Below are positions 9,157 to 22,997 of a DNA stretch of 64,000 bases, in pieces. This DNA comes from Azolla caroliniana. Taxonomy: Eukaryota > Plantae > Polypodiophyta. A program made the translations under genes and the position numbers. Position 1 is the first letter of the stretch. Every line of letters starts with the position of its first letter. A model generated the notes under the pieces. The model worked only from the letters and a program-made list of their open reading frames with translations. It ran no database searches and had not been told where the DNA came from. The stretch is taken from contig JBHGNT010000009.1 in the NCBI GenBank assembly GCA_043228905.1, positions 22,072,001 to 22,136,000 on the forward strand. The letters run 5' to 3'.

Positions 9157-12127
9157 TACCAATGTATATTACTGAACAAATGTGCCTTCTCATTTTTCTT
9201 TAGAGATGTCATAAGAAAAATCTAATCTGGGGGAAGTGTGTTCCCATTTAATTAGACTAAGGAAATATGTCTTGAACCAGATCTTCAATAATTTGATTGT
9301 CTTGTTTATTTTGACCATTAGACTAAGGTTCTTTGCAACATAGGCGCAAACCATATCCTCAATAATTTGATTATCTCCTTCAATTTGACCATTAGACTAA
9401 GGATGACTTGAGGTCTCATGCTCAAAGTAGTTTCTAACTCTTTAAAGACATGAGGACAAGAATCTCTAATGAAAAACCACATTCATTGGTAACCATAAAA
9501 TTGTAATAACTCGTCAAGAAATTGGTGACTCAATTCATGAGTTGTTGGTATAAATCTAGTTAATTTTATTAGTTGATCGACAATCACCCATATAGAGTCG
9601 CAACCTCTTTGTGTTTGAGGCGTGCTACAATAACATCAATAGATCTAATTTCCCATTTATTATTAGGAATATCTAGTAGATATAAAAGACTTGTAATCGT
9701 AAGCCATTCAACCTTATTCACATGACATTGTAGACATTTAATTGCATAATTTTGCATGTCATGGGTTTATTTAGGCCCGAATTAGTTTGTAGAGATTTGA
9801 ATCATTTTCGATGGATTCTAGAGTTCCCAATTGAGGATGTATTAATATGATACTAAAAAAATAAATCTCTTTTACTTGAAAGAGATCTAGAACACAAGCC
9901 TTCACATTATAATAGAGAAAATTGTTACAAATGTGAGAGTCAACTTAAAGGGTGTGGTGATTTTAACGACATTTTTATCGGATTCAACTATTACCCACCA
10001 TCTGTTGAAGAAACTGACATCAAGGTATATCTCAGTTTAATCACACAAAAATAAAGCTTTTTGACATAGGAATCTATGCAAATAAGCAATTGATGAAGTT
10101 GATCATCGACGAACTATAAATTTCCATGTGCTAAATGAAGTATATAAGTGTTTTGGCTTTTAACTTATTCCTATTCAAAGTCTCAACATCTCTACCAGGT
10201 GATCATCAATTAAATTGTGTGAGCTACTCTTATCAAACAAGTAATGCACTAAAGATCCATTGATTTGACCAAATACTTGGAGCAAATTATTGTGGGCCTA
10301 GTAAATGTTTGAGAAAAGAACATGGAAAATTACTTAAAAGTTTGGGTTTGAACCTCAATAATATAAGGAACTAGCCATTATGGTTAAAAACTTTGCCTTT
10401 TTGTTGTTGAGGTGTAGTAGAAGTTTTGGTTTTCTATTGGAGTTGGCAACAATTGTCTTTTGTGTGCCCCTTTTCTTACAATTTGCACATGAAGGAGAAT
10501 GCACTAAGTGTTTTGACCAAAATCACCATTGGGTTTCCCTTTGTTTCCCCTTGAATGATCCGGGTTTAGTTCCGTTGACTCGAGTTTATTATGACCCTTC
10601 TTTTAAGTGTGCTATATCGAAGTACAATCTCGCCGATATCTTCAAAGTTTTAGGGGTCTTAGAAGGCATTGATATATCTTTCTTTCTCCAATAATAGTCT
10701 AAATTTAGAATGCTAGTAAGGAACCATTTTTCCCCCTCATGTCTTGATTTTTGAATTTGCATACATGTATGATGAAAGTCGTTATTGAGAGAGTAATTAC
10801 ATGATTTACAAAATAGAGTCCTTTAGTTTTTTGTTCCTTCAGAGTCATCTGGTTTTTTGTTTCTTCAAATTTAGAAGGTGGTTGTAGAACTTGTCGTTTA
10901 AAGATGTCAAAGAAGTTATCTAATGTATCGTGCACTTTCTTTGTAGTTTGAAGATTGCACCACCGAACAATTTCCCCACCTAACTCATAAGCGGAGAGGC
11001 TATTTTCGTATTATGAAACTCACGATTAAGTGTAGCTTGTGCACGTAGAACGAGAACAAGATAAGAAAGAAATGAGTTGGGAGATATCCGTGGTTTGGTT
11101 GTCAAGTTTCCAATCAATAACATCATTGACTTGGTCAATGGAGACCTCATATGCCTCACGATGTTTTGTTTGTTGTCAATGCTTGGGCATTCAAATCCCA
11201 AAAAGGTCTAATGCCAACAATTAGCTCGCTTCCTCACTTTAAACTTTAGATAGCTCTATTATTGATAAAAATAGAAACCTCTCTTCTGAGCATGCACCAC
11301 ACAACAACTCTCTCTTTTTCCTAGAATGCAAGTATTTTTGTCTTTGGATGAGTGCATGGCTTCAACAAAAATGTGAGTCGATCATCCCCTTTAATGGTGT
11401 GTTCCCTCATCTTCACTTATGAATTATATCTCCAATTTCCCCTTCCAATTGTTATTAGTGAGTTTCTAACGAATGCTTGACCCCTCATTTCACAATGATT
11501 ACCTCTTACCATTGGAGCTATCTTTCATTGTTATCTTTATTTTCTTCTTTTTCCATTTTTTTCAATGACCATTTCGACCAAAACCCATGCCTTTAAACAA
11601 ATTGCATTTTCCATGCTTTTCTCCATTCACATACGCTGCAACATGTGCTAGTTTGCCCATAATCACATGGATGCAAAGGTTCCATCTTTATAGATTATTG
11701 TGATTTAAATTATAAAAAAAACTCTACTTTTTCAATGCAATACAACAATTTTACACATAGGGTAGGTCATCAAATGTATATAATGCATGTAATGAAGATA
11801 GTAAACTTTAATAACCTACTCATATCCATATGTATATATGAAAGGTGGAATCTTATAGTTTACATATGCAAAATATATATCATATTCTCGGGTAGAAAAT
11901 GGAAACTTTAAGATCCTTGTTGTGTGTAATAGATTGATTTTGGCGTCCAAGTGAAGAAAATGAAGTATAAGTTCAAGCATAGGAGCCACTGCCAAAGCAA
12001 TATTCTACAAAAACTCATTTTGCTTCATACCAAACAAACATGAATGTCAATATATTTGATTGACACCACCTTATTAATGCAAAAGATGTTGAAAAAAACA
12101 AGGTATCATAACGAACCAAGATATGTT

Positions 12128-13350
12128 GGTCAACGGGGTGTCATTGGTTGGAGAATTCCGTAAACTATGATAATTGAGGAATTATAATGGAAGGAAAACC
12201 TAAACTATCAAGTTGATAAAAAGAGTAATGTTGAAAAAGCAAGTCAAAGAAAAATAAGAAAGTTCAAAGGATGAGTCATAAGTACTTGAAGGAAGAGGGG
12301 ATCAATGCAGAACAACAAAGGATTATATACACAAAAACTCCATTCACAAGTCAAACTTACAATAATGTTGTCATCATAACCAACCAACATCCATTGGTCA
12401 CGGGGGTGTCATTGGTAGGAGAATTCCTTAAATGATGATAGTTGAGGACTTATAAATGCAAGGAAAACCGAAGCTATCAAGTAAAGAAAAGAGGAGATAA
12501 AAAGGCAAGCCCAAAGAGAAACAAGAAAGTTCAAAAGTAGACTCATAATAACTTGAATGAAGAGAAGAACAATGTGGAACAGCCTCGTGGAGCGCTGCGG
12601 CATGGATTGATCACTCGGTCGAAGGGTGGATGGACGCCGTCAATGCGGATAGTTGGTGCTATGTATGCACGAGAGGCAAAATCGTCAAGATCCGTTTTGA
12701 AAGAGGCTTGCAGCCCGCATCCCCTAGGTTTCCGGAAATCTGGTTGTTGATCGCAGGTTTCACCTTGTGGTATATATGGAAAGCGCGTTGCCTCAAGGTC
12801 TTCCAAGGTACGGTACGCCCCCCGGAGGAAGTGATCATGGACATATGGTTCGCGCTTATCAGCTGCCTACGAGGGCAACTAGAAGAGATCTGCAGCCACT
12901 CCAACGACGTGACCACTGCCCGTTTGCGCTTTTGGCAGAAATGGCGGAACACACCTATGGTGATGCAAGGCGGGAGTGGCCCGAGGTGGAACTACCAGCC
13001 CCCACGCTGGTTGTTTCCTATTCACCTGCCACCCTCTTTTCGGTGTAGGCCCCAAGAGCCGACTCGTACGAGGCCACATTGAAGGGCATTGCCTTGGATA
13101 TAGGTAGCTTCTTACATTAAGTTAGGCCGCAAGGCAATGTAAGTGGCTCATCTTCTTTGGCTTGATCGGAGGAAGTCTCCCCGATGTGTGTATAAATTTC
13201 CTTATAGACTCTATGTAATAATCCTTCCTAACTAATGGGAAAGTAGCTTTACTTTGGAAAAAAAAAAAAGAAGAACAATGTGGAACAACAAAGGATTGAT
13301 TACATGGAAACACCATTCACAAGTTCGAGTTACAATGTTGTCATTGACTA
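12128..13350. repeat. Diverged ~270-bp tandem duplication, second unit split by a LINE insertion
   Basis: GGGGTGTCATTGGT.GGAGAATTCC.TAAA...AAGAAAGTTCAAA...CCATTCACAAGT occurs at ~12130-12370 and again at ~12400-12581 + 13288-13350. Confidence 0.7.
12582..13268 (+). mobile_element. 5'-truncated non-LTR retrotransposon (LINE) with poly(A) and 19-bp TSD
   Basis: TSD AGAAGAACAATGTGGAACA at 12563-12581 and 13269-13287; A-tail; ORF2 C-terminus WLLIAGFTLWYIWKARC...WNYQPPRWLFP; GC-richer than flanks. Confidence 0.9.
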
Positions 13351-14091
13351 CTTCAATTTGTGTTTGGATTTCTACGACAATATAAGCGCTAATTAGAGCA
13401 TCAAGATGGGGGGATTCAATTATGCCATATATGTATTCCTTCATTTGTGTTGGTAGCCCCTTTTATTCCAAGAACATTAAAGCAGAGGGATTTTAGGTTC
13501 CAATAAGTATTTGAGACTCAACCAACCCATTGGACAGTTACACCATTTTGTCGATCAAAATATTGATTACATGCATATTTTTATAATGTATTTGAAACAA
13601 GAAAACAAAATACTTTCCCTCAACTGTGCCATTTTTTCGTACAATATTAATGTTCATTTTGCTATATATCTACCTCAAGGATTTTATTTTCCCATCTTAG
13701 AATGTATCCTAAAGACTAGATCATATGCATGTGTACAAGAATAATTTAAAGTTGGAGATGAGCACGTGCAAGAATTTGAGACCAACATGTTAAACTCGCA
13801 CAATGAAATATTCATGTTTGTGATTCCTTTCATATAGTGATTTTCTCCTACGTAGTCAATGAATATATTGTTAATTTGTTTGTAATAACAATTCATACAT
13901 TTTAATCAAAGTTTTTGTTTGAATATCTTGGTCAAATCGACTTGTAGATAGAGGTTTTAGGTATAGCTATAAAGGGAACTACAAAGTAGATGTAAATTTT
14001 GCATATATATGCTTCGATATTACATGTACGAAGACTTGTTGGTAGTATCATTGCATGGTAACATGCAAATGTTCAAAATATTTAAGTAAAT

Positions 14092-14318
14092 CACTTGTAG
14101 GCATTTTATTTTGATAATGTGCTTTAGAGGTGAAGATGTAATCAACATTATCAACAAGTAAAATTAGACCTACATAAATCTATATTGTAATATCTCACAA
14201 AGTTACACTTGTAGGCGTTTATTTTGATAATGAGCTTTAGAGGTGAAGATGTAATCAGCATTATCAGCAAGTAAAATTAGACCCACACAAATCCATATTT
14301 TAATACCTCACAAAGTTA
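14092..14318. repeat. ~115-bp direct tandem duplication
   Basis: CACTTGTAGGC.TT.ATTTTGATAATG.GCTTTAGAGGTGAAGATGTAATCA...CTCACAAAGTTA occurs twice. Confidence 0.85.
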
Positions 14319-14959
14319 AAGGCTTGCTTTTGTAGATAAGAGTTTGGAAATATAGTTTTCTTGTTCTATTCGACAAAGTCAAAAGTTGGATATAATCGAG
14401 GGATTTTACTATGTCGCAAAAGTTTACCAACACTAGAAAACAAGCATATACGGTGATCATATGATGATATATGAATGTAAATGTAGCTCAAGAAAAGTAT
14501 GGACTAAGATAAGTATGCACTACTTGAATAGTCAAAGAAAGTAGATGTAGATCTACATCCCCCCCCTTTCCCACACCTCCAATTCATGGTGTGGATCTTA
14601 TTAGTATCCACATGTAAATATTTAAGTACAATGTTTTTTCTTCTTCTTAACAAGTGAGAGAATATGACCCACTAACAACCTCAATACAAATTGTCATATA
14701 GAGAATTTGTATCACGCGGTTGCTTTGAGGGAACGAATCATTCTACATAAGTATCACAAATCATGGCACATTTCTATCTTTTCAAAAGGAAGTACATGGC
14801 AAATGTGCCCGCGCGCGCACACACACACACACACACATGATAGGGAATCGATGCATAAAACATAGTTTCTTCAACGGTTTTGACAAATCACGCTCGAAAA
14901 GCAAGGAGTGCACATGCACGATCCATAAGCAATGCAAGAAGAAATTGGCTCAATAGACA

Positions 14960-15820
14960 TTCGCGCGCGCACATACACACACACACACACATTTATGCAT
15001 AGATATTAGAGATGTGACACGAACATGTACATGCATTGCACACAAACAAATACACACGGACATGCAACCACATACGCATACACATACACATATTGACATA
15101 CACATACACATACAAACACACAAAATGACACATACACATACACATACACATACACAATGACACATACTGACATACACATGCACATATTGACATACACATA
15201 CAAATACAAACACACAAAATGACACATACACATACACATACACATGCACATATTGACATACACATACAAATGCAAACACACAAAATGACACATACACATA
15301 CACATACACATACAAACACACAAAATGACACATACACATACACAATGACACATACTGACATACACATACACATATTGACATACACATACAAATACAAATA
15401 CACATACACATACAAACACACAAAATGACACATACACATACACATACACATACTGACATACACATATTGACATACACATACAAACATACAAACATACACA
15501 TACACATACAAACATACACAATGACACATACACATACAAACATACACCATGACACATACACATACACATACACATACATACAAAACATACAAACATACAA
15601 ACATACACATACACATACATACAAAACATACAAAACATACAAACATACAAACATACACATACACATACATACAAAACATACAAACATACACATACACACA
15701 AACATACACATACCCATACTCACATATACATACAAACATACACATGCACATACACATACACATACCCATACTCACATATACATACAAACATACAGATACA
15801 CATACACATATATGTATACA
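14960..15820. repeat. Complex CA/CATACA microsatellite-minisatellite array (~860 bp)
   Basis: CATACA units interspersed with recurring CACAAAATGA / CATATTGA / CATACAAA variants. The ORFs here are artefacts. Confidence 0.95.
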
Positions 15821-16485
15821 TAGAAAGAAAGAAAGAGATAATTAAGGTCTTCTAAGACCCAAAACTTGGCGTATGAAATGGACTCTTTCTTGCGCGTCTA
15901 AATTTTGTTGGAAATTGGGGGGGGGGTTATTTTGTTGACCTGGCCATCATCATCATCATCATCATCTCCAAAATATACACTATAAAAACAGAGCAGACTC
16001 TCTCCTCTCCATCCCATCTTCTTCTGTCTTTGATCTGTTCTTACATAATAGAAACCCTAATTTCCGTTCCTTTCCTTTCCTTTCCTTTCCTTCTTATATT
16101 GTAATTGTAAACCGACCTAATAAAAAACAGACCCTAATCCGCCATAGCCAGGTTTGTCAAGCGCTCTGGAAGTTCGGAAAACCTAAAGTCTCTGCTCTGC
16201 ATCTCTCAGAAAGGTTGGTTGCTTTGCCTAAGATCTGTATTCATATATTATCTGAAATCTTGGAAACCAACCTTCCTATCTGCTGTCGAATAAGGGTATT
16301 TGGAAGCCCTAATACCTGTGCATCTGTCAGATTTTTGGAAAAATCCTAATAATAATCCGAGTCTGAGGAAGATTTTCCAATCCCTAATAAAGATCTCCAT
16401 CTCTCGGAAAGTCTTAATTAAACCTTATTAAGATCCGAGTCTGAGAAAGCCGCAGGGGCAGACAGACAAGACAGACAGAGACCTA

Positions 16486-18321
16486 ATGGGGTTGAGCAAT
16501 TACTTGGTAGGCATCTTAAATTTCCTGACCTTCCTGCTCTCCATACCCATCATAGCAATTGGGGGATGGCTTGCAAATCAGCACAACACAGAGTGCTACA
16601 AGTACCTGCAGGGTCCGGTCATCGGCATCGGAGTGTTCATCCTGGTCGTGTCGCTCCTGGGCTTCCTCGGATCATGCTTCCGGAAGAGGTTCCTCCTGTG
16701 GCTCTACCTTGTGGTCATGTTCCTGCTCATCCTCCTCCTCTTCTGCTTCACGATCTTTGCGTTCGTCGTGACCAACAAGGCTGCAGGCCAGGTTGTGAGT
16801 GATAAGGGCTACAAGGAGTATCGGCTCGGCGACTATACCACATGGCTCCAAAGAAAGATTAAGGACTCATCCAACTGGGCCAAGGTGGAGAGCTGCCTCT
16901 CCAAAGCCAAGGTCTGCAATAGCCTCAACTCGGATTATCTCACAGAAGCTGCATTCGATAAAGCCGACCTCACCCCTGTCCAGGTATGATCTCTTCTTGT
17001 TTTTTTAGGGTTTCTTGCATCTGATCAAGCTGATCTCAACTCTTTTTATCATAACATATGCGCCTCCTTTTCTTGCTTTTTGCTCCAAGATTCAACCTGC
17101 TTTTTGCTTTCTTCCTGATTTTGCATATTTATTTATTTTCTTGCCAAATTGTATTGTTCCAAAGCATCAAAGTTCCTTTTGTTTACTCCATTTGTTCCAA
17201 GATTCAAAGTTGCTTTTTTACTTCCTTTCTGATTTTGCATTTTTATTTTATTTGCCACATTGTATATGATGAAATCATTTAGGATTGAACGCTGTTGAAA
17301 AGTTTCCCTTGCCCTTGCCTTTGCTTTTTTGCTCCTTGCTTTTTTCCCCATCCAAAGATCATGTGATTGTGCCCTTTTTTCCCCCCTTTGTGTGAGGTTA
17401 GCCTTTTTGACTTTGTTGTTCGGGAGAGAGTTTATGCAGCAGGTATAAATTATAAGGATCTAACTTTTGTGCCCAGGTCCAAGATTGTATGACATGTGTT
17501 ATGCCATACGCTATACCATACAATTGATCTGGTTTTTTGCGTTTCTCTCTTTTCCTGACATATGTTTATCTGCACCTTTTTGTATCCATCGAAGGTCGTA
17601 TGTCTTGTGATGGAACACCCACAATTGATCTGCTTTTGCTTTTTTCTCCTTTCCTAATGTATGCTCCAACACTGGAAATCGATCTGCTTTTGCTTTTTCC
17701 CCCCTTCCGAACATATGAACACATAAACTTTCTTATCAATCTAAACATTGAGCTTGTGATTTATAAACCAATTCCAGGTAGTTAATGAAATGTATGGGGA
17801 TAATTGCTGTTGTTAGTGAATTCTAAACCACTTACATTGCAAAAAAATAAAAAGACAGAACAGATGAATGACTAATTGTTATGAACTCTATACCAACTCC
17901 ATAGACATGCATATTGGCCTTAGAAATTCTTTTGTGCAAGAATTAGTTTTGATTCTTCAGACTTGGACAGGAATCTGATAGTGACAATACGGTTTTTATT
18001 AATTCTCTCTCTTTCTTCTACTTTTTGCAGTCAGGATGTTGCAAACCTCCTACTGAATGTGGATGCACCTTTGTGAATGCAACCACTTGGACTCCATGCA
18101 CCTCTAGCAGTGCTGCTAGTGATTGTACCATTTACAGTATCAAACCTGAAGATCTTTGCTTTAACTGCGATTCATGCAAGGCTGGGGTTTTGCAAAACAT
18201 AAATCAAGACTGGCGGAAAGTTGCCATCGTCAACATCATCATCTTTGTGTTCCTCGTTGTTGTTTATTCTGTTGGATGTTGTGCTCTACGAAACGCAAAG
18301 GATGATAAGAGGTATCCTTGA
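16486..18321 (+). CDS. Tetraspanin (plant TET family), 2 exons, 262 aa
   Basis: Exons 16486-16983 and 18031-18321, GT-AG, phase 0. Four TM helices, GYKEYRLGDY..WL and QSGCCKPP...LCFNCDSCKAGVL plant tetraspanin motifs. Confidence 0.96.
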
Positions 18322-18402
18322 ATAGAGATTTCTCCTTCGCCATCTTTGATTTATGATGAGGAAAAACTGAGGATACAGTGTGGACACCTTTGATTTGCTC
18401 AA

Positions 18403-18680
18403 AGGTTTATGTTTGATGAGATAAATGGGTTTATGTTTGATGAGATAAATGGGTTTATGTTTGATGAGATAAATGGTGCAACACCCTGCTTTTGGTTGTT
18501 TTGCAGCTACTTTTCTTTTGTACATAAAATTATCAGTAATGGATGGATCTGTGTTTTTTTGTATCAAAGGATTATATTTGATGTGATAAATGGTGCATGC
18601 ACCCTCTGCTTTTTGTTGTTTGTAGCTACTTTTTTTGTTGGTACACATAATTATCAGTAATATGGATGGATCTCTCTTTT
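18403..18680. repeat. 24-bp x3 tandem repeat plus ~118-bp duplication in the tetraspanin 3' region
   Basis: GGTTTATGTTTGATGAGATAAATG x3; TTTGATG.GATAAATGGTGCA...TTATCAGTAAT..ATGGATCT twice. Confidence 0.85.
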
Positions 18681-21600
18681 TTGTCTTTTGACATTTTCTC
18701 AACCTTGGTCAAGATCTTTATATAAAGGTTGATAATTCTTATTTAATTCAAGTGTAAAATTTGGATGGATGAGTTTCTTCTTTCTGGGCACTTCTTGCAA
18801 GTTGCATGATCAGTATCAAGAAAGTTACATGCTATAGCTATCCAAAAGATGGGCCAAAGGTAGTAGTGATAAATGGTGCCAAGTTGCATTTTCAGTATGA
18901 AAAAGTTATGCTAGTTATCCGAAGTTTTGTATGAGAGTTTGGTGGTGGTATCAAAGACCTACATGCATGCATTTAGGTGTAGCGGTCTCAAAAGCATACA
19001 AAAGAAGGTTCAGGGGCTTGCACCACCATGTTTCAAAGAAAAAGAGGTTAGGCGATTGGTCGGCTACTCACCTAGAAAGACTGTAAACGCTAAACCCTAC
19101 AGTCTAGAGTATTTTGCTACTCGAGCATTTAGGAATCCTCAAAATATCGGAAGAGACCAGTCGAGAAGAATCAAGAAAAGCTTTGTTCATTCCTCGCAAT
19201 GAGAGGTGAAGATTGTGCATGATTTGTCTCCTTTTTCCTTTCTATCAATAAGAAGAATTAGTCCGCTTGGATCCTTATAGCATGAGACTAATGGTTTGTG
19301 TTCCTCTTTTATCAAACACGGAGAGGAGAAGAAATGAAAAAAATGCCATCACCTTATTTTATGGCCAAGCTTCTTCTTTCCCCTTGTTTTTATCCCCTTT
19401 TTTCACCGAGTTAATTAAGCACCATCTTTTTTCTTGTAAAGAAAGCACATTGTAGAAAAAAAGTACATGTGCTTCATGGAGCGTACTTGTGCGGTATCAA
19501 TCATGTCAAATTGAATAGATTGGGTTAGATTGTGTCTACTTTAAGCACGTTGGATTGACCATTTGGACCATGTGCTTGTTCCTCGAGCACATGTAACTTG
19601 TTCTCTTGTTGTAGCACATTTTCTTTTAGAAACACATTCCCCCTTTTTTGCAAAAAAAGAATGTCCTTTCTTTTACGACCCTTCAATTTAGCAAATGGCC
19701 ATGTCTTGTAAATTTCCCCATCTACCAAATGTATCATAGTGTTGTATGGCCTAAGACAGGAATAACGTACATCATATCGAGGGGGTTGCTTGAGTCTGTA
19801 CGAGCATCTTCGAAAGTTTGGAGACAGTAGTTTTTCTTTTTGTTTGTGTTCTTGAATGTCTCCCGTAGTTTTATATTTCCCAACAATGGTTTATATTAAA
19901 GCAATTTACATGAAACTTCAGCATAGATTTTTACCCTTTCAATTGCTCTTGTACTGCTACAGACATACATATGTCCCAAAGCATTAGTAATAACAATTAT
20001 ACATGGCCACATGCCTCATGTCAGTGGAGGAAATACCCAGAGCAGTGGTTGATACCTCCAACGCAACTAAAGTAGATGTTCTCTGCAAGTTGCATTCATA
20101 TACCTCACCATGCCCATTGCCAACTCAGCTAATTGGTGCGTCTTCAATTTCCTTCTTTCAAAAAGTTGACGACTCCATGCATTTTGCTAGAGGAGGCCAA
20201 TTCACATCCTCATTTTTATTTTGGCAACAATAGTTCCCTCGAACTCGATCAACATGGCTCAATGTGGGGTAGGGCCTTTATGTAGGAATATACATGGAGA
20301 CCTTATATACTATATATATGAACATTGTAGGGTGTAAGATTGTTTCCAACAAGAAATAACTCACAAGTCCATTTATGCCTATACCAAAGTGACGAAGAAA
20401 GATGTCCTAGACTTTGAGTCTAAATAGAATTGAATGTGGAAAGGTATTTACTCTTTTTAATAGCAACTTGATGTATTGGATACCAAAAATTTATTGCATT
20501 GGATGTGTAGCTAGCAAAATTTCTATGCCAATGTGTGCTTTCCCGCTTATGGGGGAACAATGTTGTGGAGCTCATAATTTCAAGAGTGTGTGGTTGTGTC
20601 AAAAATGGAAGCAAGAATATGTGTAACATCTAGCAAAACACGCAAGGATTTGTAGTGGCTTACTTGATTAGCTACAAACATGGGAGAAGAGCATGAAAAG
20701 TCCAATTGTCCAAAATGATATCCAGAGCACCATTTCATTGGCAAAGAATTTGGTCTTTTTCTCAAACTTGATGAATCTATTCAAAGTACAATATCATTAT
20801 TCAAGACTATATCGAGAAGAACTAGATCACTCATATGAATGTGCACATGGTGGACAACACCGTGGAGCAAAAGTGCCAGTGCATTAGCAAAGAATGTAGC
20901 TCTCTAACCCCACGAGATACTAATGCAAGCAATTCAACTTACCCAACCGATACACAATGCAATTTTATACAAGTTGCAAACCAACTAACACATTTATTCA
21001 ACACCTCGAAACTTGTGATTTGGACATGCCCATATACCATCTCTTGATGAACAAAAACTTGACCACTACTTCGCAACATATAAGAAAGCCTTGAAACCTC
21101 AAGAATCCACAACTATGGCATTCTTATGTAAAAAGCTTGCATCTTGTCCCTCACCAACCCCTTTACTACAAAAATCAAGGACTCAACCAACTTCCTCCAC
21201 CTTTGCTTCATACAATGTGGAGAAGGTCATCCAACACCTTTAACATGGGCCAATGTCTGACCACACACAACAACAAGGTGAATACCTTGTTAGGAATATA
21301 TCCCTCCTATTGGAGTAGTTGACTGGTTGGGCCGAGTGCCGACAATCGAAGACATGGACAATCGATAGTAGGAGAGTCCAAGTCAAAGACATGACCAACT
21401 AGTTTGGCCGACCGAATGGTCGAAGATAAGGCCGACTAGTTGGGCCGATTGGACAGTCGACACTAGAGTCGACTAGTCGATCAGTCAGTTAAATAACTAC
21501 TATTGTTATAATAGAAATGGCAGTAGCAGTGGCTACATTTGTAAATAGCCCATATAGTGTATAAGTATAAATACACTTACGGCAAACATTGTGACCAGGT

Positions 21601-22611
21601 GAGAGAGAGAGAGTAGAATAGAATAGTTGTTAGCCTTTGTTGCACTACATGACAGAGAAGAGGGTGTGTGAGCGTGAGAGAGCGGCAACAAAGTTCAGTG
21701 AACTTGCTAAGAACCCTAAGCGGGTTATCGTCTATGTGTATCAGAGAAGATTGTAACTGTTTTATGTACTCTCTTGTGTATAGTGGAATCTCTGCTCCCC
21801 TGGTTTTCCTCGTTTAGGGTTTCTATGTAAAATTGTGTATTCTGTGTATTTGGTGTCAATTACACAGTCGGTCTTTCTCAGAATCGGAAGGGAGCAAATC
21901 CGTACAAACTGGTATCAGAGCGTCAAGGTTGAAGATGGAAGGAGGTGTGAGCGGCTTCTTAGGCATCATAGTTCTAAACTCTCAGAACTATGCGGACTGG
22001 AAGATAAAGATGGAGGACCTTCTCACAGTAAAAGACTTGTACGTGCTAATCGACAGAGAAGAAATGAGTCGGAATGGAAACTTCTAAATAGAAAGGCAGT
22101 GGCCACCATCCGACAATGCGTCGATGTAAATGTCCTCCAACATGTGGCGAACGACACAAATGCATATGAGATGTGTCGAATGACACATCTTAATCTTTCT
22201 CTTCCTTCTTGGTTGAACTCCCAAGCTTCTCTCCCTCCTCTTACTCCCTAGTCCAAGACACCCGTGGTCCCGTCCTATCTGACACGCACACACGGATTTC
22301 CACGACACTGGCAAAGGAGTCCACCAAGGAGAGAAAAGTCACATGCTAGATCCAAGTCTAGAGGTAAGCTAACATGCTTTTATTGTGGAAAGCCTTGACA
22401 CATTCAGAAGGACTGCCAACACCTCAAGAAGGACAAGAGTGTTGGAAATAATGTCCAACCCATGAAGATTCTTGATGAAAAGGGCACATTGGCCGTAGCT
22501 ACGAGTGCAGAGGAGATTCTGTTCATTTGTGAGTAGGAAAGCACAAATCTTGCAAGCGAAGAGTGCACCTGGGTAATCAAGTTGAGTGCATCATTCCACA
22601 TAACTCCGTCG

Positions 22612-22997
22612 AGAGAGTGTTTTTCGACTTACATAGCCGAGGATCATGGCTATGTAAAGATGGGAGATCATGGAGAGTGCAAGATAGCAACTGTGCAAGT
22701 CGGAGGTGAATGTGGCAGCCGATTTGAGTGGAGAGTTATTGTCATGATATGGCATGGTATGGCTCCAAAAGGATTCGAACCCATGACCTTGTGTGACATG
22801 GGTTGAATTTATTATTTCACCATAGGAAATTCATGTATATTCCAGATTACTTTGGAACATTCTAGAAACTTTAGGAGTACTCCTAAAAGTATTATAAATA
22901 GAGGCACATGACATTATTAAGAACCAATTCGGTTCAACGCCCGTCTTAAGCCTCCTAGTTGTTCTTATATCTTTCTTCATATAATATAATATACTTC
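22612..22997. repeat. 386-bp direct repeat, copy A (Copia protease/PPT + 5' part of Gypsy LTR)
   Basis: No differences seen by eye from 23857-24242 (offset 1245). Confidence 0.9.

Noticed and set aside
9240-11700. Possible decayed coding or transposon sequence with short GACCATTAGACTAAGG repeats
   Set aside because: No recognisable motif in any frame, so it cannot be assigned.
14950-15845. Long ORFs rich in C/V/M/Y or H/T
   Set aside because: Translations of the CA/CATACA microsatellite, not genes.
20000-21280. Short ORFs suggesting a degenerate retroelement
   Set aside because: No diagnostic domain motif identified.
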